A DNA stretch of 64,000 nt, taken from NCBI RefSeq assembly GCF_006345805.1, contig NC_043002.1, positions 91,264,001 to 91,328,000 on the forward strand, given 5' to 3'. Both the position numbers and the translations under genes were made by a program. The notes under the pieces are model-generated. The model worked only from the letters and a program-made list of their open reading frames with translations, did no database searches and was not told the origin of the DNA. Shown piece after piece: positions 50,729 through 64,000 of this stretch. The DNA comes from Octopus sinensis. Lineage: Eukaryota. Position 1 is the first letter of the stretch, and every line of letters begins with the position of its first letter.

Positions 50729-50950
50729 AAATAATAATAGCAACAGCAATTATAACAGTAGTAATAACTACAGTAGGAGGTCACCAATCTACGGCCCGTG
50801 GGCCAGATCCGGCCAGCAAGGTCAGTTCATCCGGCCCGTCGCAGCCGCACTTTACCGTTTGTGTAAGTACCGGCTTTGAGAGATCAATCCTGCAGCAATC
50901 GTGTTTTAACTTGCATTGCTATGTTTAAACATTCTCTTCGCGAGAATATT

Positions 50951-51360
50951 TATTTCTTTATTGCCCACAAGGGGCTAAACATAGAGGGGACAAACAAGAA
51001 CAGAGAAACGGATTAAGTCGATTATATCGACCCCCAGTGCGTAACTGGTACTTATTTAATCGACCCCGAAAGGATGAAAGGTAAAGTCGACCTCGGCGGA
51101 ATTTGAACTCAGAACGTAACGGCAGAAGAAATACCTACTTCTTTACTACCCACAAGGGGCTAAACTCAGAGAGGACAAACAAGGACAGACAAACGGATTA
51201 AGTCGATTTTTATCGACCCCCAGTGCGTAACTGGTACTTATTTAATAGACTCTGAAAGGATGAAAGGCAAAGTCGACCTCGGCGGAATTTGAACTCAGAA
51301 CATAAAGACAGACGAAATACTACTAAGCGTTTCGCCCGGCGTGCTAACGATTCTGCCAGC
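50951..51360 (-). mobile_element. SINE family A dimer nested in the hAT element
   Basis: Junction at 51135/51136 is at the same position as in the 27.7-kb concatemer. Confidence 0.9.
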
Positions 51361-51429
51361 GAAAATTAATATCACTCATACAAGTTACAAAATAGTTCAT
51401 AAGACAGCAGAGTGAGGAAGACCGTTTAC

Positions 51430-52830
51430 TGATAGCAACTTTATCAAAAAGTATATGATGGAAACAGCAAATGACTCGTGTCCAAAGAAAGCCGATTTTT
51501 TGTAAGTATCAGTCTTTCAGCAATTTCACTTGTGCGGAGAACAGAACTTGGAGAGAATATTGTGCTACAGATACGCGAGAAAGCTAGGAACTTCTTTTGA
51601 TATTCTCTGTTGTTGGATGAGTTTACTGATCTCTCGAGTACGTCACAAATTTTCGGGTTCATTTGTGATGTTAATTTGGACTTCCAGATCACGGAAGAGT
51701 TGGCATCCATTTGCAGCATGCACGGGACAGCAACTGGAGAAGACATTTTCATGGAAGTGCAGAAAGCTTTACAAGACTATAACCTTCACTGAAATCAGCT
51801 TTGATGCGTTACAGTTGATGGAGGAAAAAACAGCCGGAATGAGGAAGGGTCTGATGAAGCAGATCAGGACTAAGTTGGAAGATCTTCAACTCCCGGGCGC
51901 TCTGTTTATACACTGCGTCATACATCAATAAGTACTCTTGCGTACTGAAACCAGACGTTTCTACGGTGAACTTCATTCGGAGTTATGCATTTAATCACCG
52001 CCAGTTCCAGGTTTCTCCCGAAGAAATCGATTCTGAATGTTGTAACTTGCCTTATCACACAGCAGTGGGGTGGCTGAGCTCCGGTAAACACCTGTTTCAT
52101 TTTTATAAGCTCCGAAGAGAAGTAAATATTTTTCTCACCGAAAAAGGATAAAGCTGATCCACTTCTGTCAGATTCCACTTGGCTGTCAAAGTTATCATTT
52201 TCGGTTGACATCACATCCCACGTGAATGAATTGAACTTAAAACTTCAAAGAAAGGATAACCTTATCTGTGATCTCTACAGAATCATCAAAGGATTTCGCA
52301 GAAAGCTATCATTGTTCGAAATAAACTTGAAGGGAGAAACTTCTCTCATTTTCAGTGTTTCAAAGAGTTTTGCACTGGAATCGTAGAAGATGTCAACCTC
52401 AAGTTTCCGAAGAAGATTATTCGTGACTTAAATAAGCATTTTTTGGAGAGGGTTTTCAGATTTCGACAGAATTGAGAGTGACATTCTTCTGTTCTACAAT
52501 CCTTTTGATTGTAACCTTGACGACGTGCAAGTCGAACTGCAGTTGGTGCTCACTGATTGGCAAGCAAATGACTTGTTGAAAGAGAAGCACAGAGAAGGAG
52601 AACTTGTAGAATTTTATCGCTGCTTACTTGATGATGAGTTTTCAAATTTGAAGAAATTCGCCTCTGGTATGGCATCAGTGTTTGGAACATGCCTGTGAGC
52701 AAACATTTTCAAGACATCGGATGACGTTGACTGATGAACATTTGGAAGCAATTCCCTTGGTTGGATGCAGCAATTCCAAAGCAAATATCAACGATATCTT
52801 CAAAACTAAACACCAGTTTCACAAATCTTA
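51430..52830 (+). pseudogene. hAT transposase remnant
   Basis: LDEFTDLSSTSQ; EELASICSMHGTATGEDIF; VTVDG; IHCVIHQ; VNFIRSYAFNHRQF; YHTAVGWLSSGK; many stops and frameshifts. Confidence 0.9.
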
Positions 52831-53079
52831 CTAACCTTTTTTGCTGCTCAGTTTTGGTCAGATTCGGATATGTCCACATTGGGTGTGATATAACTTTCTT
52901 ATTGCTAACGTCACCTTCGATAACCTTTTGGAAAAAAATAAATATGTTGGTTGTCTTTATTTTTTGTGTAGTCACAGTACTGTATTGAACAAAATGGACA
53001 TGCGGCGCACGCACTTGTCATTCTCTCTGTTATTTGACCAGCCGTGAAAAAGTTTGGTGACACCCTGAACTACAGGAAC

Positions 53080-53336
53080 AGTAACAAAGGTACCACCAGC
53101 AGCAGCAACAACAACGACAATAACAACACTAACAGCGGCAACAACATTGATGACAACAACAACAACAGCAAAACACAACAACAACAACAAAACAACAACA
53201 ACAGCAAAACAACAACAACAGCAAAACAACAACAACAGCAAAACAACAACAACAGCAAAACAACAACAACAGCAAAACAACAACAACAGCAAAACAACAA
53301 CAACAACAACAACAGCAAAACAACAACAACAACAGC

Positions 53337-53379
<43 letters not shown>

Positions 53380-53400
53380 GTAATAATAATAATAATAATC
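53080..53400. repeat. (CAA)n/(CAG)n and (TAA)n microsatellites
   Basis: Direct reading. Confidence 0.9.
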
Positions 53401-53614
53401 CTTTCTACAGGAGGGCCAAGGCCCCAGATTTGTGGGGTGGGGACTAGTCGATTATATCAACTCCAGTGTTTCACTGGTACTTAATTTATCGACCCCAAAA
53501 GGATGCAAGACAAAGGTGACCTCGAGGGAATATCGACTCAGAACGTAGCGACGGGCGAAATAGCACACATCATTTCGTCCAGCGCGCTAACAACGTCAGT
53601 GCCAGCTCGCCGCC
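53400..53614 (-). mobile_element. SINE-A-related copy, diverged
   Basis: Core and head present. Confidence 0.8.
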
Positions 53615-53619
53615 TTAAC

Positions 53620-53702
53620 TAATAATAATGATGATGATGATGATAATAAGGATGATAATAATAATAATAATTGTCCTTTCTATTCAAGGCACAAGGCCTG
53701 AA

Positions 53703-53737
<35 letters not shown>

Positions 53738-53820
53738 AATGATGATGATGATAATAAGGATGATAATGATAATAATAATAATAATTGTCCTTTCTATTCA
53801 AGGCACAAGGCCTGAAATGG

Positions 53821-53865
<45 letters not shown>

Positions 53866-53879
53866 CGATGATGATGATT

Positions 53880-53932
<53 letters not shown>

Positions 53933-54090
53933 AATAAGGATGATAATAATAATAATAATAATAATTGTTCTTTCTATTCAAGGCACAAGGCCTGAAATGA
54001 TGATAATGATGATGATGATGATGATGATGACGATGCTGATGATGATTATGATGATGATGATGATGATGATGATGTGGATGATGATGATAC
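53620..54090. repeat. (TGA)n/(TAA)n array with three copies of TTGT(C/T)CTTTCTATTCAAGGCACAAGGCCTGAAAT
   Basis: Unit near 53670, 53785 and 53965; resembles a SINE-A tail fragment. Confidence 0.9.
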
Positions 54091-54299
54091 CAACGGCAGC
54101 AGGAACCTCTATCTCTTGCTAGACAGAGAAGAAAACCATAACAAGAGAATCTTCATGAAATTATGTCTTGTTATGTTTAAGAAATGTCGGACACATCAGA
54201 CAATGTAGTCATAAACAAATGTAAAACTGGCGGAATCTCTTTGTTTCTATGTCTGTGCTGTGATTAGGTGTGTCTTGGGGGTTAAACGACGACTTCAGA

Positions 54300-57490
<3,191 letters not shown>

Positions 57491-57564
57491 CGATGATATA
57501 ACATCGGCAGTAGTTCAGTCTTGATCCAGCAGACCTAGGACCAATAGACGTTCCAGCCGTGACC

Positions 57565-57596
<32 letters not shown>

Positions 57597-57599
57597 AAA

Positions 57600-57975
57600 A
57601 CACATTTGCCCAAGGTGCCGTACACGCACACACACACATATATATATATACATATGTGTGTGTATGTGTATATATGTGTATATATATATATATATATATA
57701 CATACAGACAACACACACATACACACACACACCACACACATATATAAATATAATTATGAGTGTTTGCGTGTCTGTATTTGTCACCCCACCATTGCGTGAC
57801 AACCGATGGTGGCGTGTCTACGTCTCCGTAACCTAGCAGTTCGGCAAAAGAGACCGATAGAATAAGTACTAGGCTTACGAAGAATAAGTCCTGGGGTCGA
57901 TTTGTTCAAATAAAAGGCGGCGCTCCAGCATGGCCACAGTCAAATGACTGAAACAAATAAAAGAATATAAGAATA
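57600..57975 (+). mobile_element. SINE family B fragments (mainly 3' half)
   Basis: Homology to other B copies. Confidence 0.8.
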
Positions 57976-58219
57976 TATATATATGTGTGTGTGTGTGTAT
58001 GTATGTACCAATGTATCTATGTATATGTATATATATATATATATGTGTGTGTGTGTATATATATATATAAATGGATGCGTGGATGTATGTTTATATGTAT
58101 GTTAGCACTTTATGTAACACCGTACCGTGTAATTTGAGGAAGAATTGTCTCCTATTTCTAGTAGTTTGGACAAATCCACAAGCAGGTAGACGGCTCCTTA
58201 TCGGCTGGCGCAAAAACGC

Positions 58220-58626
58220 CGATGGTGATGGCGTTGTGGTGACGGTGGTGGTCGTACAGGAAGTGGTGATGGTGTAGGTTGTGGTGATGGTGTTTGTGGT
58301 GGTGCCGGTGTTGTTGTTGGTGGTGGTGGTGGTGGTGGCGATGGTGTTTCTGGTGGTATTGCTGGTGTGGCGGTTGTTAATGGTGAGGTCCAAGTGGTAT
58401 TGATGGTGTTACCGTTGCTATTGTTGCCGCATGTGAAACTATTGGACAGCATCTGTCAACAAACACGAAACTGCTGCTGTTATCACCACCACCAACACCA
58501 CCACCAAAACCACCACCACCACCATTACCACTACTATTACTACTACTACTACTGCTGCTGCTGCTGCCGCTACTAATACTGCAGTTGTGGCAACGGCGGC
58601 AGCAGTGGTGTCGGTTACTGCTGCTG

Positions 58627-58660
<34 letters not shown>

Positions 58661-58725
58661 GACTACTACTACTACTACTATTGCTGTTGCCACTTCTACT
58701 ATCACTGCTGCTAATACTACTACAG

Positions 58726-58777
<52 letters not shown>

Positions 58778-59245
58778 ACTTTAGCTGTTTCTCCACCTCT
58801 TCATACTCTTCTATTTCTTCCACTTCCTCCTACACTTCAGCCACCTGTTCCTCCCCTTCCTCACACTCCTATCCCCCTCTTATTCCATCTCCTCTTTCGC
58901 CGCCTCTTCCTTCTCCTTCTCCACCTCCTCTCCATTCGCTTCCTCTTTCGCCTCCTCATCCCACCCGTTCCCTTTCTTTGTCCCCTTCAGCCTTTTCTTC
59001 CCTCTCCTCCTCACCCCTTCCTCTTCCTCCTCTTCCGTTTCCTCCGCTTCCTCTTCCTCCTTCTCTTCCTCCGCTTCCTCTTGTTCATCCTCCCTTTCCT
59101 CCCCTTCTTATTCCTCATCCTTTTCCTCTCTTCGCCTTCTTCCACTTCTCTTTCACTTGCTCCCTTCATCCTCCTTTTCCTCTCTACTCCCCTTCTTCGA
59201 TTTCTCTTTCTCTTGGTCCTCTTCCGCCTCCTCGTACTACTACTA

Positions 59246-59277
<32 letters not shown>

Positions 59278-59424
59278 CCGCTGCTGCTGCCACTACTACT
59301 ACTAGCACTACTACTACAACTACTACTACTACAACTACTGCCATTACTACTACTACTACTACCAACTACTACTACTACTACCACCACGACTAAAACCACT
59401 ACCACCACCACCACCACCACCACC

Positions 59425-59488
<64 letters not shown>

Positions 59489-59794
59489 TTGATACTGCTG
59501 CTGTTTATATTGCTGCTGCTGCTGCTTCTACATCGCACACAACAACAGCAGCAGCGGCAGTTAACGGCATGTCTGCAGTTATAGGGGAAGACTGTGTAAC
59601 AGCAGTATTTACTGCACACTCACACTGTGCATCGAAGTGCACTGACCAACATTACAACACTATTTCTAGCACTTTGTCAATAACTACAGTTTCCTTGTCT
59701 CAACTGCTGCTTCTGCTGCTGCTGCTGCTGCTGATGATGATGATGATGTGATGATGATAATGCCGCTGCTGCTGATAAACCACTACTACTGCTG

Positions 59795-59829
<35 letters not shown>

Positions 59830-59860
59830 ATTATGGCTGTTGCAGCTACTGCTGCTGCTG
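58220..59860. repeat. GGT/CAC/CTA/CTG microsatellites and a C/T-rich tract
   Basis: Direct reading; accounts for the 388-aa ORF. Confidence 0.9.
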
Positions 59861-60054
59861 AACATTTGCATTATCTTGCACTGTGTTACACTTGTTCTAT
59901 CTTGTGATATAACTGCGCATGCTCATCATTCGCAAACGCAAGCACACACATAAACACATATGAACGTATGAATGCATACACACCACGTAAACACGCACAC
60001 ACGTGCCAAAAGCTATGTACATGTATATGTGCGTCTTTGAGTCTGCATGTATAT

Positions 60055-60062
60055 TACGTATG

Positions 60063-60097
<35 letters not shown>

Positions 60098-60255
60098 ATA
60101 CATATATATATGTGTGTGTGCATATATATATATATATGTGTGTGTGTGTACATATATATATATGTGTGTGCATATATATATATATGTGTGTGTGTGTGTG
60201 TATACATATATATGTGTGTGTGTGTGTGTGTGTACATATATATATGTGTGTGTGC

Positions 60256-60287
<32 letters not shown>

Positions 60288-60309
60288 ACATATATATATA
60301 TGTGTGTGC

Positions 60310-60341
<32 letters not shown>

Positions 60342-60444
60342 ATACATATATATGTGTGTGTGTGTGTTGTGTACATATATATATGTGTGTGTGTGCATAT
60401 ATATATATGTGTGTGTGTGTGTACATATATATATATGTGTGTGC

Positions 60445-60478
<34 letters not shown>

Positions 60479-60660
60479 ATACATATACATATGTGTGTGT
60501 GCATATATATATATATATTATATATATGTTTGTTGTGTGTGTGCGTGTGTGTTTCTGTAGGTGTATGTACGTCCGTGTACACACACACAAACATATGTAT
60601 GTATGCATATATGTATGTATACATATATGTGTATGTGTATATGTGCGTGTGTGTGCGTGT
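60055..60660. repeat. Higher-order (TA)n(TG)n compound repeat
   Basis: Alternating TACA/TGCA-punctuated blocks. Confidence 0.9.
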
Positions 60661-61250
60661 TTCTGTACTTATTCTTATACGTAAGTACATGATGGCGTCC
60701 ATCTTCAGCAAGGTGTAAATTTTAATTTCATCTTTTAATGCATTCAATTATATTTCAGAAATATAAAATACAAATATCAATTACTAAAGTAAAACCCATA
60801 AAAATGTTATGGGGTGCATTTGAATTTGTGATCCTTTCTTTTTACGCGTCAATTAGAGATCTCAGGCTTTCTCGGGTTTCCTAACTCTTCCAGTACATCA
60901 TTCATGATGAATATAAATGAAAATCTATAGGCAGTACCTTCTAATATAGGCGCAGTCAATTATATTAACTCCAGTATGTGATTAATCGCTTGTTTTATCT
61001 ATCCCAGTCAACAGTTGATGGGACTTGAAGGTCAACATAAATCGACATTACTTTTGACATTACATCCAGCAGCTCTCAATAAAAACGAACGCAGTTGGCA
61101 ATTGTTATACAACTTCGCTCCAGTGGAATACAACAGATCTGATGTTGTTCTCTGGAGTTAAGGAACAAATGTCGGGCATTGACATAGAGATCAACTACAC
61201 AACGAAAATGAACACTTTTTTTAAAAAAATCTTATTGATACACGTGTATA

Positions 61251-61415
61251 GGTGCATGCGTAGCAGTGTGGTAAGAAGCTTTCTTCCCAACAACATGGTT
61301 TTAGGATCAGTCCCACTGCGTGGTACCTTGAGCAAGTATCTTCTACTATAGCCGCGAGCTGACCAAACTCCTTGTGAGTAGATTTGGTAGACGTAATCTG
61401 AAAGAAGCCCGTCGT
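61251..61415 (+). mobile_element. SINE family B 5' half, degenerate
   Basis: Homology to other B copies. Confidence 0.75.
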
Positions 61416-61474
61416 ATATATATATATATATGTGTGTGTTTTTATATAAATATACACACACACACACAAACACG

Positions 61475-61684
61475 TAGTCATCCCTCGATTACCGCGGGTG
61501 TTACGATCCAAAACCACACGCGTTAGGTGAAAATCTGAGAAGTACAAACGGTACTGTATTTTTTTTTATTATTTTAGCAATTTGTATATATTTATTTTAT
61601 TATAAATGCAAAACAACACCACAGAGGAATCGACATAAATAATAAACCACGATAGGTGAACCGCGACATGGCGAGGGGTTATTG
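61475..61684. mobile_element. pogo/Tigger-like MITE (~210 bp)
   Basis: TAGTCATCCCTCGATTACCGCGG and CCGCGACATGGCGAGGGGTTATTG-TA termini. Confidence 0.7.
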
Positions 61685-61740
61685 TATATGCACGTGTATG
61701 TATATATACAATATATATATATTATATAATATATATATAT

Positions 61741-61775
<35 letters not shown>

Positions 61776-62167
61776 GTATGTAATACGTGACAATTATTTT
61801 GTAGCCATGGTAAAACTCCGAGTTTCGGATGCCGAGGTGGAAATCCACGCCGCCATCTCTTCAGTTATCCGGCCATCGGAAAAAATGCTATGAAAATGAC
61901 CGTTATACAAAGGGAAATTACTGGGTGATTAACCGTTATTAAGACAAAAGTGCTATTTGAATGAGCGCTAAGTGGGGGGAGGAAGTAAAAGTAAGGGGGT
62001 AAAAAAGTTCATATTATTCGGCTAAGCGCACATGTTCATACCTACACATGCGCGCCCGCACACCCACGTGCATACGCCTAAAAGTATACACTCATCCACC
62101 CTCACTTGAAACGTACACAACCTCACCCGCACCATTCGCCAAATGTACATATATATATATATATATA

Positions 62168-62398
62168 TATTTCTTTACTACCCACAAGGGGCTAAACATA
62201 GAGGGGACAAACAAGGAAAGACAAACGGATTAAGTCGATTATATCGACCCCAGTGCGTAACTGGTACTTGATTTATCGACCCCGAAAGGATGAAAGGCAA
62301 AGTCGACCTCGGCGGAATTTGAACTCAGAACGTAACGGCAGACGAAATACGGCTACGCATTTCACCCAGCGTGCTAACGATTCTACCAGCTCGCCGCC
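62168..62398 (-). mobile_element. SINE family A, full length
   Basis: Homology to other A copies; in (TA)n. Confidence 0.92.
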
Positions 62399-62409
62399 TT
62401 ATATATATA

Positions 62410-62520
62410 TTGTTCCTCTTTTTCTCTCTCTTCTCCTCCTCCTTAATTCCTTTGTTCCTCTTTTTCTCTCTCTTCTCCCCTTCCTTAATTCCTCTGTCCC
62501 TCTTTTCCTCTCTCTTTTCT
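62410..62520. repeat. Three ~40-bp pyrimidine-rich tandem units
   Basis: TGTTCCTCTTTTTCTCTCTCTTCTCC..CCTTAATTCCT repeated. Confidence 0.8.
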
Positions 62521-62965
62521 TCATATGTGACTGACTGACCGACTGCTGGCCTTTTTAGGTCTAGCAGCGGTCGCGGCAACATCAACATTTTTTTCTCTGA
62601 CGTAAGGCACAATTCTTAAGGCACCAGCTGAATTCAATTCGTTTCCTAGTCGAGAGACGCCTGTTGTGATGTCCTGTTATTATTATTATTATTGTTTATT
62701 CGTATTCTTTTTGTATTTACATTCGAGTAACATCGTCCGTTTTTCCGTCCTTGTTTCGTATACATTCGAAGCTTTTTTCCAAGGAATCTAATGCTCTTAG
62801 CTTAGTTTTCCCTTGGGGCTGGCCAGATTGGAGCAATCTGAAGATTAATCAGCCGAAATTGCGAGGATGATCCGGTTCTTGACTGAAGATTAAAGGCTTC
62901 GAATGACCCATCCGTGTTTTTTGTATCGTCTTCAGGATGTTTTGCGTTCTTGTCCCCATTTTGTA

Positions 62966-63005
<40 letters not shown>

Positions 63006-63013
63006 TATATATA

Positions 63014-63178
63014 TTGTCTTCCCTTCTCGAGATCTTTCCTTCTCCTATGTTTCCGACGAAGAGCTCCACTCGAAACGTCAAACCCTCCTTCTTCCCTTCT
63101 TTCCTGAGCGTCCAATAAACTTTATTGTTCCACGTCCTTGCGTTGTTGTTTTTTTGTTTTGTTTTCTTGTTTGGATTA

Positions 63179-63183
<5 letters not shown>
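63014..63183 (+). mobile_element. Short Penelope-like terminal-repeat derivative in (TA)n
   Basis: Hammerhead motif and TTCCTGAGCG box shared with the 15915 element; TA tracts on both sides. Confidence 0.65.
63049..63083 (+). ncRNA. Minimal type-I hammerhead-ribozyme-like motif
   Basis: GTTT-CCGACGA-A-GAG(CTCCA)CTC-GAA-ACGT-C-AAAC; putative GUC cleavage after 63079. Confidence 0.6.
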
Positions 63184-63251
<68 letters not shown>

Positions 63252-63419
63252 CGGCGTACGTACTCTCTACATTACTATATATATATATATATATATATGT
63301 ATATAAAAATGTAAGACCAGCCAGGGTTTTTCTATGAATAACAACTCTATCTTGAAAAGAGCAAACATACAGAAGCATCGATGACTATTCAAACTGAACC
63401 AAACTTGAGAGAGGAAGCC

Positions 63420-63670
63420 CTAACTCAGAGAAACATGCGATGCGGTGGAGTAAAATCCGAAATGAAGAAACCAACATCCTGTATGACATGCTAGGCCCTG
63501 AAATGGAAACTGCAATAAAGACAGAAGAGATGTCCTAAAAATAGCTAGAAGTGGGATATTAAGACAGAGCTGAGAAATTAAGTGTCCGACTAGTGAGAGG
63601 CAGAAAAGTGAGAGTGGAGTCGAGAACGTTGGAGAAATGTCGTCGATGGTCTGCACTCCCCAAAATGAAG
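63420..63670 (+). mobile_element. RTE LINE 3' remnant
   Basis: C-terminal pattern ..RRDVLK.. and RWRNVVDGLHS resembling RTE ends. Confidence 0.55.
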
Positions 63671-63718
63671 AGAGTGTGTGAATGCATGTGTCTGTGATTA
63701 TGGGTACACATGCATATA

Positions 63719-63888
63719 TATTTCTTTACTACCCACAAGAAGCTAAACACAGAGGGGACAAACAAGGACAGACAAACGGATTAAGTCAATTACATCGACC
63801 CCAGTGCGTAACTGGTTCTTAATTTATCGACCCCGAAAGGATGAAAGGCAAAGTCGACCTCGGCGGAATTTGAACTCAGAACGTAACG
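63719..63888 (-). mobile_element. SINE family A, 5'-truncated
   Basis: Homology to other A copies; followed by (TATG)n. Confidence 0.9.
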
Positions 63889-64000
63889 ATGTATGTATGT
63901 ATGTATGTATGTATGTATGTATGTATGTATGTATGTATGTATGTATGTATGTATGTATACATGCATGCATGCATGCATGTATGTTATGTGTATAAATATG

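Larger units (their letters stand above)
50774..53067 (+). mobile_element. hAT transposon, Buster/SPIN/GTF2IRD2-like, decayed
   Basis: Perfect 8-bp TSD AACTACAG (50766-50773, 53068-53075, nnnTAnnn type); termini TAGGAGGTCACCAA vs rc CAGGGTGTCACCAA; GGCCCG subterminal repeats. Confidence 0.92.

Noticed and set aside
58585-59751. 388-aa ORF
   Set aside because: Entirely low-complexity microsatellite with a non-ATG start
59897-60747. Six overlapping ~200-aa ORFs
   Set aside because: TA/TG repeats lack stop codons in any frame

Overview
This is animal (not prokaryotic) non-coding DNA: AT-rich and saturated with microsatellites and transposable elements. The tRNA-derived SINE families resemble those I associate with octopus/coleoid cephalopods (inference, not verified). 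I find no credible host protein-coding exon, and nearly all ORFs in the supplied track are translations of simple repeats. Recognisable content: one full-length but inactivated mariner (4.5-5.8 kb); a decayed Buster/SPIN-type hAT with 8-bp TSD (50.8-53.1 kb); several Penelope-like retroelement (PLE) pieces, including one with inverted pLTRs and a snap-back hairpin; minimal hammerhead-ribozyme-like motifs in PLE termini; an R4/Dong-like REL retrotransposon remnant in a (TAA)n tract; RTE LINE remnants; Helitron/Helentron-type non-autonomous elements; Merlin-like, pogo-like, mariner-like and hAT MITEs; three abundant SINE families (my labels A, B, C); and recent local duplications. The best leads are the hammerhead-bearing short PLE derivatives, the PLE fold-back junction, and SINE-A concatemers that reuse one junction inside the tRNA-like head. 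None is demonstrably a new system from sequence alone.
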